DNA of 64,000 nt from an uncultured Oscillospiraceae bacterium (GCA_910587335.1 CAJUMG010000001.1:88201-152200), one strand, 5' to 3'. Shown: positions 46,203-56,217, numbered from the stretch's first letter. Notes: generated by a model not told the origin, from the letters alone. Made by a program: numbers and translations.

Positions 46203-46862
46203 CTACCCCACCCAAACGGCGATCAGCGCCTTAATCGGGATTCCTTCCGCCTCGAACATGTCCTCGTGCTCTGTGCGGATATTTCCGGTAAAATCGCTGT
46301 GTGCCAGATCCCAGGTTTCCCAACGGATGGAGAATCCACAGTCGAGAAAATACTGGCGGGAGTGGCGGAATAGCATATCATCGTCGGTTTTAAAGCGGAT
46401 TTCTCCGCCGGGGCGCAGAAAGGCTTTGTATTTTTCCAGCTGACGGGTATGGGTCAGACGCTTTTTAAAATGCTTTGGCCGCGGCCAGGGATTGCAAAAA
46501 TTGATGAAAATCCGCTCCACCGTGTCCTTTTCCGACACAATCTCCCCGATCCGCTCAATGTCATAGGCGGCTAAGCGCACATTATCCGGCTGCCGGTCTG
46601 TTGGGCCAAACAGCGCGTCGATCTTTCTGCGTCCCACCCCCAGCATGTTGCTGCTGATGTCCACCGCCAACAGGTTTACCTGGGGATTCTCCAGCGCAAA
46701 CTGAGCGGCAAATCCGCCCTTACCGCATCCCAGCTCCAGATATAATGGCTGCGGCCGGGCAAAAGCCTCCTGCCATCGTCCCCGATAGTCGGCAGGCTCC
46801 TTTATATATAACGGGCTTGCCTCCAGTTCCGGAACCGCCCACTTTTTTCTTCGCATCCGCAT
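46203..46862 (-). CDS. trmB: tRNA (guanine46-N7)-methyltransferase
   Basis: MRMRRKKW...LELGCGKGGF...FNFCNPWP-like motif (INFCNPWPRPKH). Confidence 0.85.
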   Translation of the reverse strand: MRMRRKKWAVPELEASPLYIKEPADYRGRWQEAFARPQPLYLELGCGKGGFAAQFALENPQVNLLAVDISSNMLGVGRRKIDALFGPTDRQPDNVRLAAYDIERIGEIVSEKDTVERIFINFCNPWPRPKHFKKRLTHTRQLEKYKAFLRPGGEIRFKTDDDMLFRHSRQYFLDCGFSIRWETWDLAHSDFTGNIRTEHEDMFEAEGIPIKALIAVWVG

Positions 46863-46932
46863 AGAATTTCGCTCCCTTTTTTGTGTTCTTTTTACTTTAA
46901 CACAGTTTTTTTCTCAAGACAAGCGGCTGCGA

Positions 46933-46961
46933 TTGTGTTTTTCTTCTTTGCGTGCTATAAT
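46933..46961 (+). promoter_or_regulatory. sigma-A promoter (TTGTGT, 17-nt spacer, TATAAT) preceding an about 200-nt leader
   Basis: Read directly from the sequence. Confidence 0.6.
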
Positions 46962-47158
46962 GACCTCAAAAAATAAAAATGGCTTTATTCTTATGGATAT
47001 TGCCTTGCGCCCGATCTAAACTATTGTTGACCGAAAAGACGGGCGGCATGCGAAAAATCCGCAAAATGCCGTCTTTCTTCCTACTCTTATGATCCCCAAT
47101 GGTTTTTCTCCGGTTCGGCGCAGACAAGCCGGACCGATCCCAAAAAGGAGGAGCACCC

Positions 47159-47899
47159 ATGTTTAAAACAAAAAATCTCACCCTGATCCTCATCGGCATC
47201 ATGTTATTCAGTCTTTTGCTGACGATTGTTGGAATTACCCTTCCCATCAGCCGAAAGTCGGATAAAATCGAGGAGGCCGGCAGTCAAAGTATGCTTTCTG
47301 GCGACGCCATCGCCATTGCCATGGGCCACTATAGCTCTACATCCCTGCGGCTGCTTCAGGAGTACCCCAGCGATTCTTCCGCCTACCGCAGCCTGTGCGG
47401 GCTGCTGGAGCGCATGCGGGAGCACTACCATTTCCAGGACGTCTACACTGTAACCCGCAACAATATGGGGTATTTTTATGTGCTGGACTCCCAATACGTC
47501 CAGTCCCAAACAGAGGGGTATCACCCCATCGGCTCTGACTTTTCCTTCGACCGGTATGGCAAAGAGGTTAAACAGCTTTTGGATGACATCTATGACGGGA
47601 ACAGCACCGGCGGATTTGTCCGTAAAGCGATCAAGTCAGAGGACGGTACCTTTATAGTCGCCGCTGCACCGATTATGGATGGGGAAAAGGTTTTGTCTGT
47701 TTTGTGTATGGATATCCCCTTAGATGGCATTCAATTTCATAAGCTGTGGTTTATCAACTTCCATTACGTTTCCTGGATTTGCGGGATTCTCTTCTTCCTT
47801 TCCGCTGGCGCACTGTTTTATCTGCATTACCACAACCGGCAGAAAAAACTACAGGAAAAGGGCGTTGCAGACCTGTCTGTACCGGAAGAGAATCTGTAG
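47159..47899 (+). CDS. membrane protein: two TM helices flanking an extracytoplasmic Cache/PDC-like domain, no output domain
   Basis: MFKTKNLTLILIGIMLFSLLL signal-anchor, an about 170-aa mixed alpha/beta region, a second TM helix, and a short cytoplasmic tail. AGGAGG RBS. Confidence 0.55.
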   Translation: MFKTKNLTLILIGIMLFSLLLTIVGITLPISRKSDKIEEAGSQSMLSGDAIAIAMGHYSSTSLRLLQEYPSDSSAYRSLCGLLERMREHYHFQDVYTVTRNNMGYFYVLDSQYVQSQTEGYHPIGSDFSFDRYGKEVKQLLDDIYDGNSTGGFVRKAIKSEDGTFIVAAAPIMDGEKVLSVLCMDIPLDGIQFHKLWFINFHYVSWICGILFFLSAGALFYLHYHNRQKKLQEKGVADLSVPEENL

Positions 47900-47926
47900 C
47901 GCGGCTTTGTCCGGCCTGTAACCGAT

Positions 47927-47960
47927 AAAAGCAGAGGAAAAATTCCTCTGCTTTTATTAT
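47927..47960. terminator. bidirectional rho-independent terminator
   Basis: AAAGCAGAGG...CCTCTGCTTT hairpin. Confidence 0.8.
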
Positions 47961-47962
47961 TT

Positions 47963-49726
47963 CTATCCCTTTACCAAAAGCGCCGCTACCTTTTCTTTGT
48001 CCGGGGTGACAATCGCCGTTTCAAATTTATCATAAATTACCTTGCCCGGCTTTGCTCCGGATGGCTTTTTGACATTTTTGACGATGGTGTAATCCACCGG
48101 GACCAACGCCGATTCCCGCGCGCGGCTGTGATAAGCCGCAATGACCGCCGCTTCCTCTAACGTCCGGTTGGGGATCTGTTTTCCACCCGCCATAACAACT
48201 GTATGGGAACCGGGGATTTTCTGGGTGTGGAACCACATATCATAATGATGGGCGTCCTTTAACGTCAGCCGGTCGTTCTGCACATTGTTTCGTCCTACCA
48301 GAATGGTAAATCCGTCGGAGGACCGATATTCCACCGGCAAAAGCTTTTCCGGCTTTTTGTTTTTGTCCTTATATTTTTTTATATACCCTGTCTGGCTCAA
48401 TTCTTCCCGAATGGCGGTAAGCTCCGATTCTTTCGCCGCCCGCGCCAGCGAATCAAACACAGAATCCAGATATTGTAATTCCTCCTGACTTTGGGCGATT
48501 AACTCCTGAAGCTTTTTCTCCGCCGTATCCTGTTTTCGATATTCACTGTAATATCTTTGGGCATTTTGAACAGGCGTCAGGGCCGGATCCAAGGGAATCT
48601 CCACTGTCGGCAGCGCTTCGTCATAAAAATTCTGGGCCCGCAGCACCCTGTCTCCCTTTGTAATTTGATAAAGGTTGGCGCTTATTAGGTCGCCGCTGAT
48701 CTTTAGCTTTTCCCGACTCGCGCATTCCTTCAACTCCTCTTGCTGGGCCGCGATTTTGCGGGCAATCCGATCAGAGGTGTTGGCCAATAGCCGGAGTAGA
48801 TCGTGGGACCGCTGTTTCATCCGGTCCATCTGGTCCCGCTCCGCATAAAAGCTATCGAGCAGCGCCGAATAGCTCTTCTCCTCCCGGCTGATCAGCGCTC
48901 CTCGGAACTGATGAATCGGCAAAAAGGAAAAATCCCGGGGCTTTTTAGAAGGCTCCAGCAAAATGGTCGGGACGCCGCTGTATTCCTGTAGCCGGAGCTT
49001 TAGCATAGACAGCCACTCCTCCAGCCGCTTTTTCTGCTGCTCATCCAGCTCGTCCGCCCGGACATTTGCTGTGCGGACCGCATAATTTTCCGCCTCCCGG
49101 CAGGTCAGTGGGGACATTCCCTGTACCGCCGACAGCAGCGCCTTGGAAACCTCCCGGCCGCCGGCCGCCGCCACCCGCTCTACAATCTGCGAAGCGCTGA
49201 CCGTCCGTAAATCCAGCTTGTCCGGCTGAGGAGGCGGTAGCTGATAGGTCATGCCCGGCAGAATCTGCCGCACACTGGACATCTCCGCGTCAATCCGCTT
49301 TACCGCGTCAATAATCTTCCCATTTTGATCCACCAGGATGATGTTGGAATGCCTGCCCATAATCTCCAGAACAAGGGTCAGTTCCACCAAATCTCCCAGC
49401 TCGTTTACCGATTCAAATACCAGGCGGAGCGTTCGGTCCATCCCCTCCTGCTCCAGCCGCATGAGCCGCGCCGAACCCAGATGCTTTCGAAGCAGCATGC
49501 AGAACATCGGCGGCTGCTTGGGGTTTTCCGGAGCCGCCTCGGTAAAATGGATGCGGGCCCCGCCGGCATTTGCTGAGAGAAGCAGCTTTCCGGAGCCGCC
49601 CTTCCAGCGAAGGGCAATGATAACCTCTTCCCGGGTCGGCTGATGAATTCGATCTACCCGCGCGCCAATGATCTTCTGCTCTAATTCATGGCTTAAAAGA
49701 TATAAAAACATTCCGTCAAAGGCCAT
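47963..49726 (-). CDS. rqcH: ribosome quality control factor RqcH (NFACT / FbpA family)
   Basis: MAFDGMFLYLLSHEL...RVDRIHQP N-terminus, 587 aa, C-terminal ...GSHTVV... motif. Confidence 0.88.
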   Translation of the reverse strand: MAFDGMFLYLLSHELEQKIIGARVDRIHQPTREEVIIALRWKGGSGKLLLSANAGGARIHFTEAAPENPKQPPMFCMLLRKHLGSARLMRLEQEGMDRTLRLVFESVNELGDLVELTLVLEIMGRHSNIILVDQNGKIIDAVKRIDAEMSSVRQILPGMTYQLPPPQPDKLDLRTVSASQIVERVAAAGGREVSKALLSAVQGMSPLTCREAENYAVRTANVRADELDEQQKKRLEEWLSMLKLRLQEYSGVPTILLEPSKKPRDFSFLPIHQFRGALISREEKSYSALLDSFYAERDQMDRMKQRSHDLLRLLANTSDRIARKIAAQQEELKECASREKLKISGDLISANLYQITKGDRVLRAQNFYDEALPTVEIPLDPALTPVQNAQRYYSEYRKQDTAEKKLQELIAQSQEELQYLDSVFDSLARAAKESELTAIREELSQTGYIKKYKDKNKKPEKLLPVEYRSSDGFTILVGRNNVQNDRLTLKDAHHYDMWFHTQKIPGSHTVVMAGGKQIPNRTLEEAAVIAAYHSRARESALVPVDYTIVKNVKKPSGAKPGKVIYDKFETAIVTPDKEKVAALLVKG

Positions 49727-49729
49727 TTT

Positions 49730-50428
49730 TTATCCCTCTCCCCTTTTCCATTTCTTTATAACAGCAAAAATTTCTTTCGCAAGATTGTAATATTCTTCTT
49801 GTTTATTGCTTTTTGTATTCGATTTTTCCAAACCTTTTGCCATGTTCCATAAAGACTGTGCCTGTCTTTCTAAATATTCTTCCGCCTCAGCGCAGGGGAA
49901 TTTTGGCAATAGTCCCACCCGGGCAAACAGATCGCTCACCGCCTGCGTTTTACCGCACCAGTGCGCCTGGATCACCGTATAGGCAAATCCATTTGCGGAC
50001 ACCGCTTTTTCTTTTAGCATTTCGTAGCCCCGCCGATACAACCCTTCTCGCAGGACATGGTGCTTGGTCATCGGCTGCAATAAAAATTTTTGGGACGGAT
50101 TTTCCCACCCGGCTTCGTCTAAAATATGCAAAATCGTGTCTGCGCCCATCCCCGCGATCACAATATCGTCTACCTGTTCCGGCAAAAGGCCGGTCAGCCC
50201 GTCCCCTAAAAGCAGCCGGGACCGATCCTGCAAGCCGTATTTTTTCAGCGTTTCCGCCGCTTTTTCCAAGGGCTTTTGGTGGATGTCACAAGCGTAGCCG
50301 AATACGGCTTTTCCCTCCAGCAGCAGCCGGGCGATCAGATAACCATGATCTGTACCGATGTCAGCTACCCGGCTGCCCGGCCGTACCATCGATTCTACCG
50401 CTGACAGTCTCTCATCTAATGTAATCAT
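49730..50428 (-). CDS. trmK: tRNA (adenine22-N1)-methyltransferase
   Basis: VADIGTDHGYL...ACDI...IAGMG motifs. Confidence 0.85.
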   Translation of the reverse strand: MITLDERLSAVESMVRPGSRVADIGTDHGYLIARLLLEGKAVFGYACDIHQKPLEKAAETLKKYGLQDRSRLLLGDGLTGLLPEQVDDIVIAGMGADTILHILDEAGWENPSQKFLLQPMTKHHVLREGLYRRGYEMLKEKAVSANGFAYTVIQAHWCGKTQAVSDLFARVGLLPKFPCAEAEEYLERQAQSLWNMAKGLEKSNTKSNKQEEYYNLAKEIFAVIKKWKRGEG

Positions 50429-50462
50429 ACGCCTATCCCCCTTTGGCTTTTTCTATTGTACG

Positions 50463-50502
50463 GCAAAAATGGGAAAAGGACAAGTAACAGCCTTTTCCCA
50501 TT
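50463..50502 (-). terminator. rho-independent terminator after the transporter gene
   Basis: AATGGGAAAAGG...CCTTTTCCCATT hairpin plus a U-run on the minus strand. Confidence 0.75.
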
Positions 50503-50559
50503 AAAGTTTTCTTTCTTTTTACTAAAAATCAATTCATCGCAGAAGGAGCGGAAACCTCT

Positions 50560-51846
50560 CTAACCCTCCACCTGTGCCGCCGTGGGATGGACATAGCTTT
50601 CCAATCGTTTGGCAGCAAGGGCGCTTACAAAAATCGCCGCGTATTGCAGTACCGTCAAAAGCAGAATGCCCCAAACGCTTCCGTAGGTGGTTTTGGGCAT
50701 CAGCATGACCAGCAGCACTCCGAATACCCGTCCGTAATCCAGAAAAAAGCTTTTTACTGTCGCAAATTCCGCTGATTCAATATTGGTCGGGCAGGTTTTT
50801 TGCAGCACACTGTAGTAAATTCCGTTGCCGGGAGAAATCAAAAAATTGTTAAAGAATGCATTGATCACACTGAACAGTAAAATCGTCGCCACATCCATCC
50901 GGACAAACAGAATCAATGTGCAGACTAACATAGTCGTCACCCCGCCGGTCATATAACGAACCCGGTTAGAAGGCTTCAGCCTTTTTCCCAACACCCAATA
51001 GGCCAAGATGGAGAACAGCCCTGTCAGCAGCGTATTAACGCCAATAAGCGCCTCGCTCTGAATCAGCTCAAACAGCAGAATGTTGAGATAAAACGCCAGC
51101 GTCCCCTCCCGGATTCCCTTGAGAAATTCGGCGCAGACCGTTTCCAGCATCAAAGGATTCCGGAAGGTTTTTCCAAAGCCCCGTTTTAGACTTACCCGGG
51201 CAGTGACAATTTGGTCCGCCGGCAGCTTTTTCAGGTAAAACACCGTAACGAGCGCCACCCCGATAGACAAAGCAAACATGATGTAATATCCTAGCAATCC
51301 GCCATCCATGATCCCTTCGCAGGCGGAGATGATGCCGCCGGTAATGGTGGGCATGATCAGGTTGACAATGCCGGTGCCCATTCCGATAACCGATAGAGAA
51401 ACATCCCGGTTTTCATCGGTGGTGTACAGCGGAACCTTCATGCTGTAGCCCATCCAGTAGTATCCACCCGCCCAGGATACCAAAAACGCAATCACCGGCA
51501 TAAACCAAACCGCCGCGTCCATTACACAAAGGAAGAACGCATATAAGAAAATAAACGTAAAAAATCCCAGCCGAAGAGCCTTGGTGGATCCCTTTTTGCT
51601 GGCGTAATACATGGCTAGCGTCGTCCCGATCGGGTTAAAGACATAGGTGATCAGGTTGTATTGTAAGGTAGCGTCTGCCCCTCCGGTCAGGCGGAAGAAC
51701 AGGGTATTGATAAATACCGTTTGAAGATTGTTAAAAATCAAAAAACCAAAGTGAAGTAGCGCAAAGGTCCGGAAGGTCCCGGTCAACCGGTCCAATCCCA
51801 ATAGTCTTTCGGCCCTTGCAAAGAGAGGATTTCCCTTGTCTTTCAT
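50560..51846 (-). CDS. 12-TM secondary transporter (MFS-like), substrate unknown
   Basis: 428 aa, polytopic. No diagnostic motif recognised. Confidence 0.55.
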   Translation of the reverse strand: MKDKGNPLFARAERLLGLDRLTGTFRTFALLHFGFLIFNNLQTVFINTLFFRLTGGADATLQYNLITYVFNPIGTTLAMYYASKKGSTKALRLGFFTFIFLYAFFLCVMDAAVWFMPVIAFLVSWAGGYYWMGYSMKVPLYTTDENRDVSLSVIGMGTGIVNLIMPTITGGIISACEGIMDGGLLGYYIMFALSIGVALVTVFYLKKLPADQIVTARVSLKRGFGKTFRNPLMLETVCAEFLKGIREGTLAFYLNILLFELIQSEALIGVNTLLTGLFSILAYWVLGKRLKPSNRVRYMTGGVTTMLVCTLILFVRMDVATILLFSVINAFFNNFLISPGNGIYYSVLQKTCPTNIESAEFATVKSFFLDYGRVFGVLLVMLMPKTTYGSVWGILLLTVLQYAAIFVSALAAKRLESYVHPTAAQVEG

Positions 51847-51934
51847 CTGATTTTCCTACCTTCCTGTTTTTCATCCGGCGCCTCCCGGTTTGTTCTATGA
51901 CATTATAATATGAATGTATCCCTTTTGCAACTAT

Positions 51935-51972
51935 AAAAATAAAAAACCGCCGTATCAAAACGACGGTTTTTT
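51935..51972. terminator. rho-independent terminator downstream of the zinc-ribbon gene
   Basis: AACCGUCGU...ACGGCGGUU hairpin (one G-U pair) with flanking A and T runs. Confidence 0.7.
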
Positions 51973-51994
51973 CTTTAAAAAGCGGCTAAAGCGA

Positions 51995-52273
51995 TTAGCC
52001 TTCCTCTTTCATCTTTGCAAAGCATTCGCTGCAGTATACAGGTCTGTCCTCTCTGGGTTTAAAAGGGACTCTTGCTTCTTTGCCGCAACCAGCGCAAACA
52101 GCGGTAAACATTTCTCTTTCAGGTCTCGCATTGTTTTTACGTGCGTCACGACAGGCTTTGCATCTCTGCGGCTCGTTTACGAAGCCTTTTTCCGCGTAGA
52201 ATTCCTGCTCACCAGCAGTAAAAACGAATTCCGCGCCACATTCTTTGCAAATAAGGGTTTTGTCCTGGTACAT
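51995..52273 (-). CDS. CxxC-x17-CxxC zinc-ribbon domain protein
   Basis: ...LICKECGAEFVFTAGEQEFYAEKGF...CKAC... and a second CAGCG...CSEC pair. GAGG RBS before MYQDK (an alternative start is at 52309). Confidence 0.7.
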   Translation of the reverse strand: MYQDKTLICKECGAEFVFTAGEQEFYAEKGFVNEPQRCKACRDARKNNARPEREMFTAVCAGCGKEARVPFKPREDRPVYCSECFAKMKEEG

Positions 52274-52399
52274 TTCTCTTACCTCGCTTAATGAATTGAA
52301 TTTGCCCATCGATATACCGCATCGACATTGATAAACAACGCTTCGCCTGATATTCCAAGGCATTATATTCCCAATAGCCTTGTTTGCAGGCTAATCGGT

Positions 52400-53008
52400 T
52401 CATGGATTGCTATGGCTTTGTTCCTTCCGCAATTTTCGGCGGACTCGCTGCAATGCGTTATCCACCGACTTTTCAGAACATTTCAGCTTTTGGGCCATCT
52501 CTTCATAGCTGCACCCTTTCAGGTAAAGCTGAAGCGTTTCCATCTCTAAAGAAGATAAAAGCGCGGTGACCTTTTCCCGCCTCCGACGGGACTCTTCCTC
52601 TAAAATGACTGCCGCTTCTGGTCCAGGCTGCTGCCAGTCGGATAAAAATTTTGTGTACTGTGTTTCCTCCAGCGGGACTGAATCGTTCAGCGGACGGTTT
52701 TTCCCCGCATTTTGGCGCCGGACTGCCGAAATCAGCTGCCGTTTCATACAAATGCCGGCAAAAGCAGAAAAGGGAACCTCCTTTTCCGGCCGAAAAGAAC
52801 GAATTGCTTTGAGTAAACCAAGATAGGCTTCCTGCAAAAGGTCATCTCGCTCCAAGCCGACCGCACAGTACCCACTGCATAGCCCTTCTGCCAAGCTGGC
52901 ATAACGGTCAATAAGGCAGCTCAACGCCCTGTCGTCACCTTTTTGCGAGGCCAACCACAGTTGCTCGTCCATTCCTGTATTTTGGGACCACCCATTTATT
53001 TTTTCCAT
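52400..53008 (-). CDS. sigH: sigma-70 family sigma factor, SigH-like
   Basis: Region 2 ...DLLQEAYLGLLKAIRSF... and region 4 ...LSSLEMETLQLYLKGCSYEEMAQKL... The start is uncertain (53008 or 53077). Confidence 0.7.
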   Translation of the reverse strand: MEKINGWSQNTGMDEQLWLASQKGDDRALSCLIDRYASLAEGLCSGYCAVGLERDDLLQEAYLGLLKAIRSFRPEKEVPFSAFAGICMKRQLISAVRRQNAGKNRPLNDSVPLEETQYTKFLSDWQQPGPEAAVILEEESRRRREKVTALLSSLEMETLQLYLKGCSYEEMAQKLKCSEKSVDNALQRVRRKLRKEQSHSNP

Positions 53009-53104
53009 AGGTATACTTTCCCGTTGACACTTGAATCCAGTTTCTTTCAGTGTATACCGTACCACTGCAAAAGTCAAGAGAAATCATGCCAAGGCGAAGG
53101 GAAT

Positions 53105-54505
53105 TTATTCCCCTTCCGCCGTAAGCAGATCGGAGGGTCCCTTCTTTTTGTCCCTGGTTACATCCGTTATCCAGCGTGTACCGCACAGCCGAATCAGCCC
53201 CGCAATACAGGTAAAGATCTCAGAGGAACGCAGGCACAAATATACAAGCCAGATTGGCCAGTGGAACACCAGCCCGGATAAAAAGCCCAGCGGCACCGAC
53301 AGACCCCACATCGCTCCAACATCGCAGATGAGGACAAACCGGCTGTCCCCGCCGCCGCGAAGCGTACCAAACATGTTGATATTTCCCATCGCCTGGAAAA
53401 TGCTGACCACACACATCAGATTCATAATAGAATAAGCGATTTCCTTGGTCGAATCCGCCACATTGTAAAAATCCACCATAAATCCGCGCAGCCCTAAAAT
53501 CATTGCGGAAGCGATGATTCCCAAGCCAAGACTGATAACAATAAAGGTTTTGGACTGTGCCCTGGCTTTTTCCTTTTCTCCAGCGCCAATGGTGTTCCCG
53601 GTCATGACCGAGGCGGCGTTGGCCGCACCCCAAATGAAGAACGACGTCATCTGAAAAACAATGTCGCAGATGCTGTTAGCCGCTACCGCTTCTGCTCCCA
53701 ATCGGCCTAGGACCACCGCCGCCATAGAGTTTCCCAGCGACCAGAACAATTCGTTGCACAGCACCGGCGCGCCGTATTTCATGAACAGCTTTAATGTGCC
53801 CATGTCAATCTTCCGCCAAAAATCCTTGAGCCGAAAACCAATTTTCTGGTCAATACGGAATAAAAACGTGGTGATGATGACAAGCTCTACCAGACGGGCG
53901 ATCATGGTCGCCAACGCCGCACCGGCAACCCCCATCTTCGGCATGCCAAATTTACCAAAGATCAGGCAATAGTTGAACGCCACGTTGACCACTAAGGACG
54001 CAAGCGTGCTGTAAAGAGCGATTTTAACCGTTCCCACCGTCCGAAGAATACTGGTGGTGGTAATGGTGAACGCATTGGCCAGATAAATCACGCCGCAATA
54101 GCGCAGATAACGAGCGCCCTCATAGATAATTGCTTCATCATTGGTGTAAATCCGCATCAGCATTTCCGGGAAAAAGGTAGCGCCTACCGCAAAAATCAGC
54201 GCGATTCCTATGGAAATGCGGTATGTAAGGCTCATAACCCTGCGGATGGAGTCCGTATCTTCTCTGCCCCAATACTGGCTGGTTAAAACGCCGGCGCCGC
54301 CGGTCAGACCAAAGTTGATCATCATAAAAATAAAACCTACCTGGTTTGCCAGAGAAGACGCACTCATGGCCACCTCTCCCAGCTGACCCAACATGATCGT
54401 GTCCAGCATACCGACTGCGGATGTCACCATATTTTGCAGCGCAATCGGCACCGCAATGGCCAGAACGGTTTTGTAAAAATTTTTGTCTTTGACTATCAGA
54501 CTCAT
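53105..54505 (-). CDS. MATE-family efflux transporter (paralogue 2)
   Basis: MSLIVKDKNFYKTVLAIAVPIALQNMV... 12 TM helices. The start is at MSLIV with an AAGGAGG RBS. Confidence 0.85.
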   Translation of the reverse strand: MSLIVKDKNFYKTVLAIAVPIALQNMVTSAVGMLDTIMLGQLGEVAMSASSLANQVGFIFMMINFGLTGGAGVLTSQYWGREDTDSIRRVMSLTYRISIGIALIFAVGATFFPEMLMRIYTNDEAIIYEGARYLRYCGVIYLANAFTITTTSILRTVGTVKIALYSTLASLVVNVAFNYCLIFGKFGMPKMGVAGAALATMIARLVELVIITTFLFRIDQKIGFRLKDFWRKIDMGTLKLFMKYGAPVLCNELFWSLGNSMAAVVLGRLGAEAVAANSICDIVFQMTSFFIWGAANAASVMTGNTIGAGEKEKARAQSKTFIVISLGLGIIASAMILGLRGFMVDFYNVADSTKEIAYSIMNLMCVVSIFQAMGNINMFGTLRGGGDSRFVLICDVGAMWGLSVPLGFLSGLVFHWPIWLVYLCLRSSEIFTCIAGLIRLCGTRWITDVTRDKKKGPSDLLTAEGE

Positions 54506-54540
54506 AAATCCTCCTTGCGCGAATAAAGCCTGCCCCTCCA

Positions 54541-54577
54541 AAAAGAACAGGACTTCCGCCAAAGCCGAAGTCCTGTC
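54541..54577 (-). terminator. terminator-like hairpin inside the leader of MATE paralogue 2 (candidate attenuator)
   Basis: Minus strand: ACAGGACUUC-GGCUUUGGC-GGAAGUCCUGU followed by UCUUUUU, about 35 nt upstream of the start codon. Confidence 0.55.
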
Positions 54578-54663
54578 TATGCCGCACCTCTGTGGCAAAA
54601 CAGGCCGATTTTTCTTTTGATCAATGCCGCTTAACGGTCAAATGATCAAAAGGAACGTAACCT

Positions 54664-54694
54664 ATTATAAACCTTAGATTTGCTCCAATGTCAA
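54664..54694 (-). promoter_or_regulatory. candidate sigma-A promoter for MATE paralogue 2
   Basis: Minus strand reads TTGACA, an 18/19-nt spacer, then (T)TATAAT. Confidence 0.45.
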
Positions 54695-54710
54695 TAGGCA
54701 TAACCCTGGC

Positions 54711-54741
54711 AGAAAAAAACGCCCGGTTCTCCCGGACGTTT
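54711..54741 (-). terminator. rho-independent terminator after MATE paralogue 1
   Basis: AACGUCCGGG...CCGGGCGUU hairpin plus U7 on the minus strand. Confidence 0.75.
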
Positions 54742-54747
54742 TTGGGG

Positions 54748-56151
54748 TCAGACCTGCTCAACCTCTTCTGCCTGTGCCTCTTTTTTCTCCTCTTCGTTTC
54801 TTGTCACATCCTTTATCCATTTGCCCGATAAAATTCGGAATATACATCCAATGGATTTAAAGATATCTCCGGAACGAAGGCACAGATAAACCAGCCAAAC
54901 AGGCCACTCAAATACCAGTCCCGCAAGCCAGCCCAGCGGCACCGAGAAAAACCACATAGAGGTTACATCAAAAAACAGCACATACTTGCTGTCCCCGCCA
55001 CCGCGAAGCGTGCCAAACATGTTGATGCTGGAAATTGCTTGGAAAACAACTAAAATACACATCATATCCATAATGGAGTAAGCAATCATCCGGGTATCTT
55101 CGGTTACCTTGTATAGGTCAATAACCGGATTTCGAATGGCAAACATCACCAAAGAGGAGACAAGTCCAAAGGCAATGCTGAGCACAAACAGGGTGAGCGA
55201 CTGATTGCGCGCCCGCTTATACTTCCCTTCTCCGATGGTGTTGCCCGCCATAACGCCCGCCGCCTGACCAACACCCTGGTTCACAACCGAGGTACACTGG
55301 AAAATGACCTGACAGATGCTGTTGGCCGCCACAAAGCCGGAACCCATGTGTCCCATAATAACCGACAGCATGGTGCTGCCAATAGACCAAAGCATTTCGT
55401 TGCACAGCACCGGCGCGCCATATCGCATATAAATGCCCAGGATCTCCCGGTCAATTTTCTGGAACAGATCCCGCACCTGAAAACAGATCTTTTTGTCCAC
55501 GTAAAATACGTATACAACAATAATCGCGCATTCCACCACACGAGCGATTACCGTGGCGATCGCCGCGCCTACAATTCCCATGGCCGGGAATCCCAAATGG
55601 CCAAAAATCAAACAGTAGTTAAAGAACACGTTGACAAAGAAGGAGACGATATACATGTACAAGGTGATTTTTACCGTTCCAACCGTCCGGAGAATGCTCA
55701 TCGAGGTCATGGTAAAACCACTGACCCAATAGGTAAATGCAATCACCCGTAAATAACGGGCCCCTTCGGCAATGACCTGCGGTTCCTCCGTATAAAAGCG
55801 CATCAGCGTGTCGGGAATGGTCAGCGCCAAAATCGTAAAAATGGTCGCCAGCGTCATAGAAATCTTATACGCCATGCTCATGACCTTTCGAATCGACGCC
55901 GAATCCTTTCGGCCCCAATATTGGCTGGTCAGAACGCCGGCGCCGGCGGTCAGCCCCAGATTCATAATCTGGTAAATAAACCCAATTTGGTTGCCCAGCG
56001 AAGAGCCGCTCATGGCCACCTCGCCCAGCTGCCCCAGCATGACTGTATCCAACAGGCCAACCCCAACGTTAATCAGGTTCTGCAAAGCCAACGGAATGGC
56101 AATAGCCGCCATTTTTTTGTAAAAAGCCTTGTCTTTTACCCAAAACCCCAT
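54748..56151 (-). CDS. MATE-family efflux transporter (paralogue 1)
   Basis: MGFWVKDKAFYKKMAAIAIPLALQNLI... It is colinear with paralogue 2. Confidence 0.85.
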   Translation of the reverse strand: MGFWVKDKAFYKKMAAIAIPLALQNLINVGVGLLDTVMLGQLGEVAMSGSSLGNQIGFIYQIMNLGLTAGAGVLTSQYWGRKDSASIRKVMSMAYKISMTLATIFTILALTIPDTLMRFYTEEPQVIAEGARYLRVIAFTYWVSGFTMTSMSILRTVGTVKITLYMYIVSFFVNVFFNYCLIFGHLGFPAMGIVGAAIATVIARVVECAIIVVYVFYVDKKICFQVRDLFQKIDREILGIYMRYGAPVLCNEMLWSIGSTMLSVIMGHMGSGFVAANSICQVIFQCTSVVNQGVGQAAGVMAGNTIGEGKYKRARNQSLTLFVLSIAFGLVSSLVMFAIRNPVIDLYKVTEDTRMIAYSIMDMMCILVVFQAISSINMFGTLRGGGDSKYVLFFDVTSMWFFSVPLGWLAGLVFEWPVWLVYLCLRSGDIFKSIGCIFRILSGKWIKDVTRNEEEKKEAQAEEVEQV

Positions 56152-56217
56152 GGATCCTCCTCCTCATATGATCATATAACCCGCTTTTTCATAAAGGTTG
56201 TTTTATCGTTCTATAAC

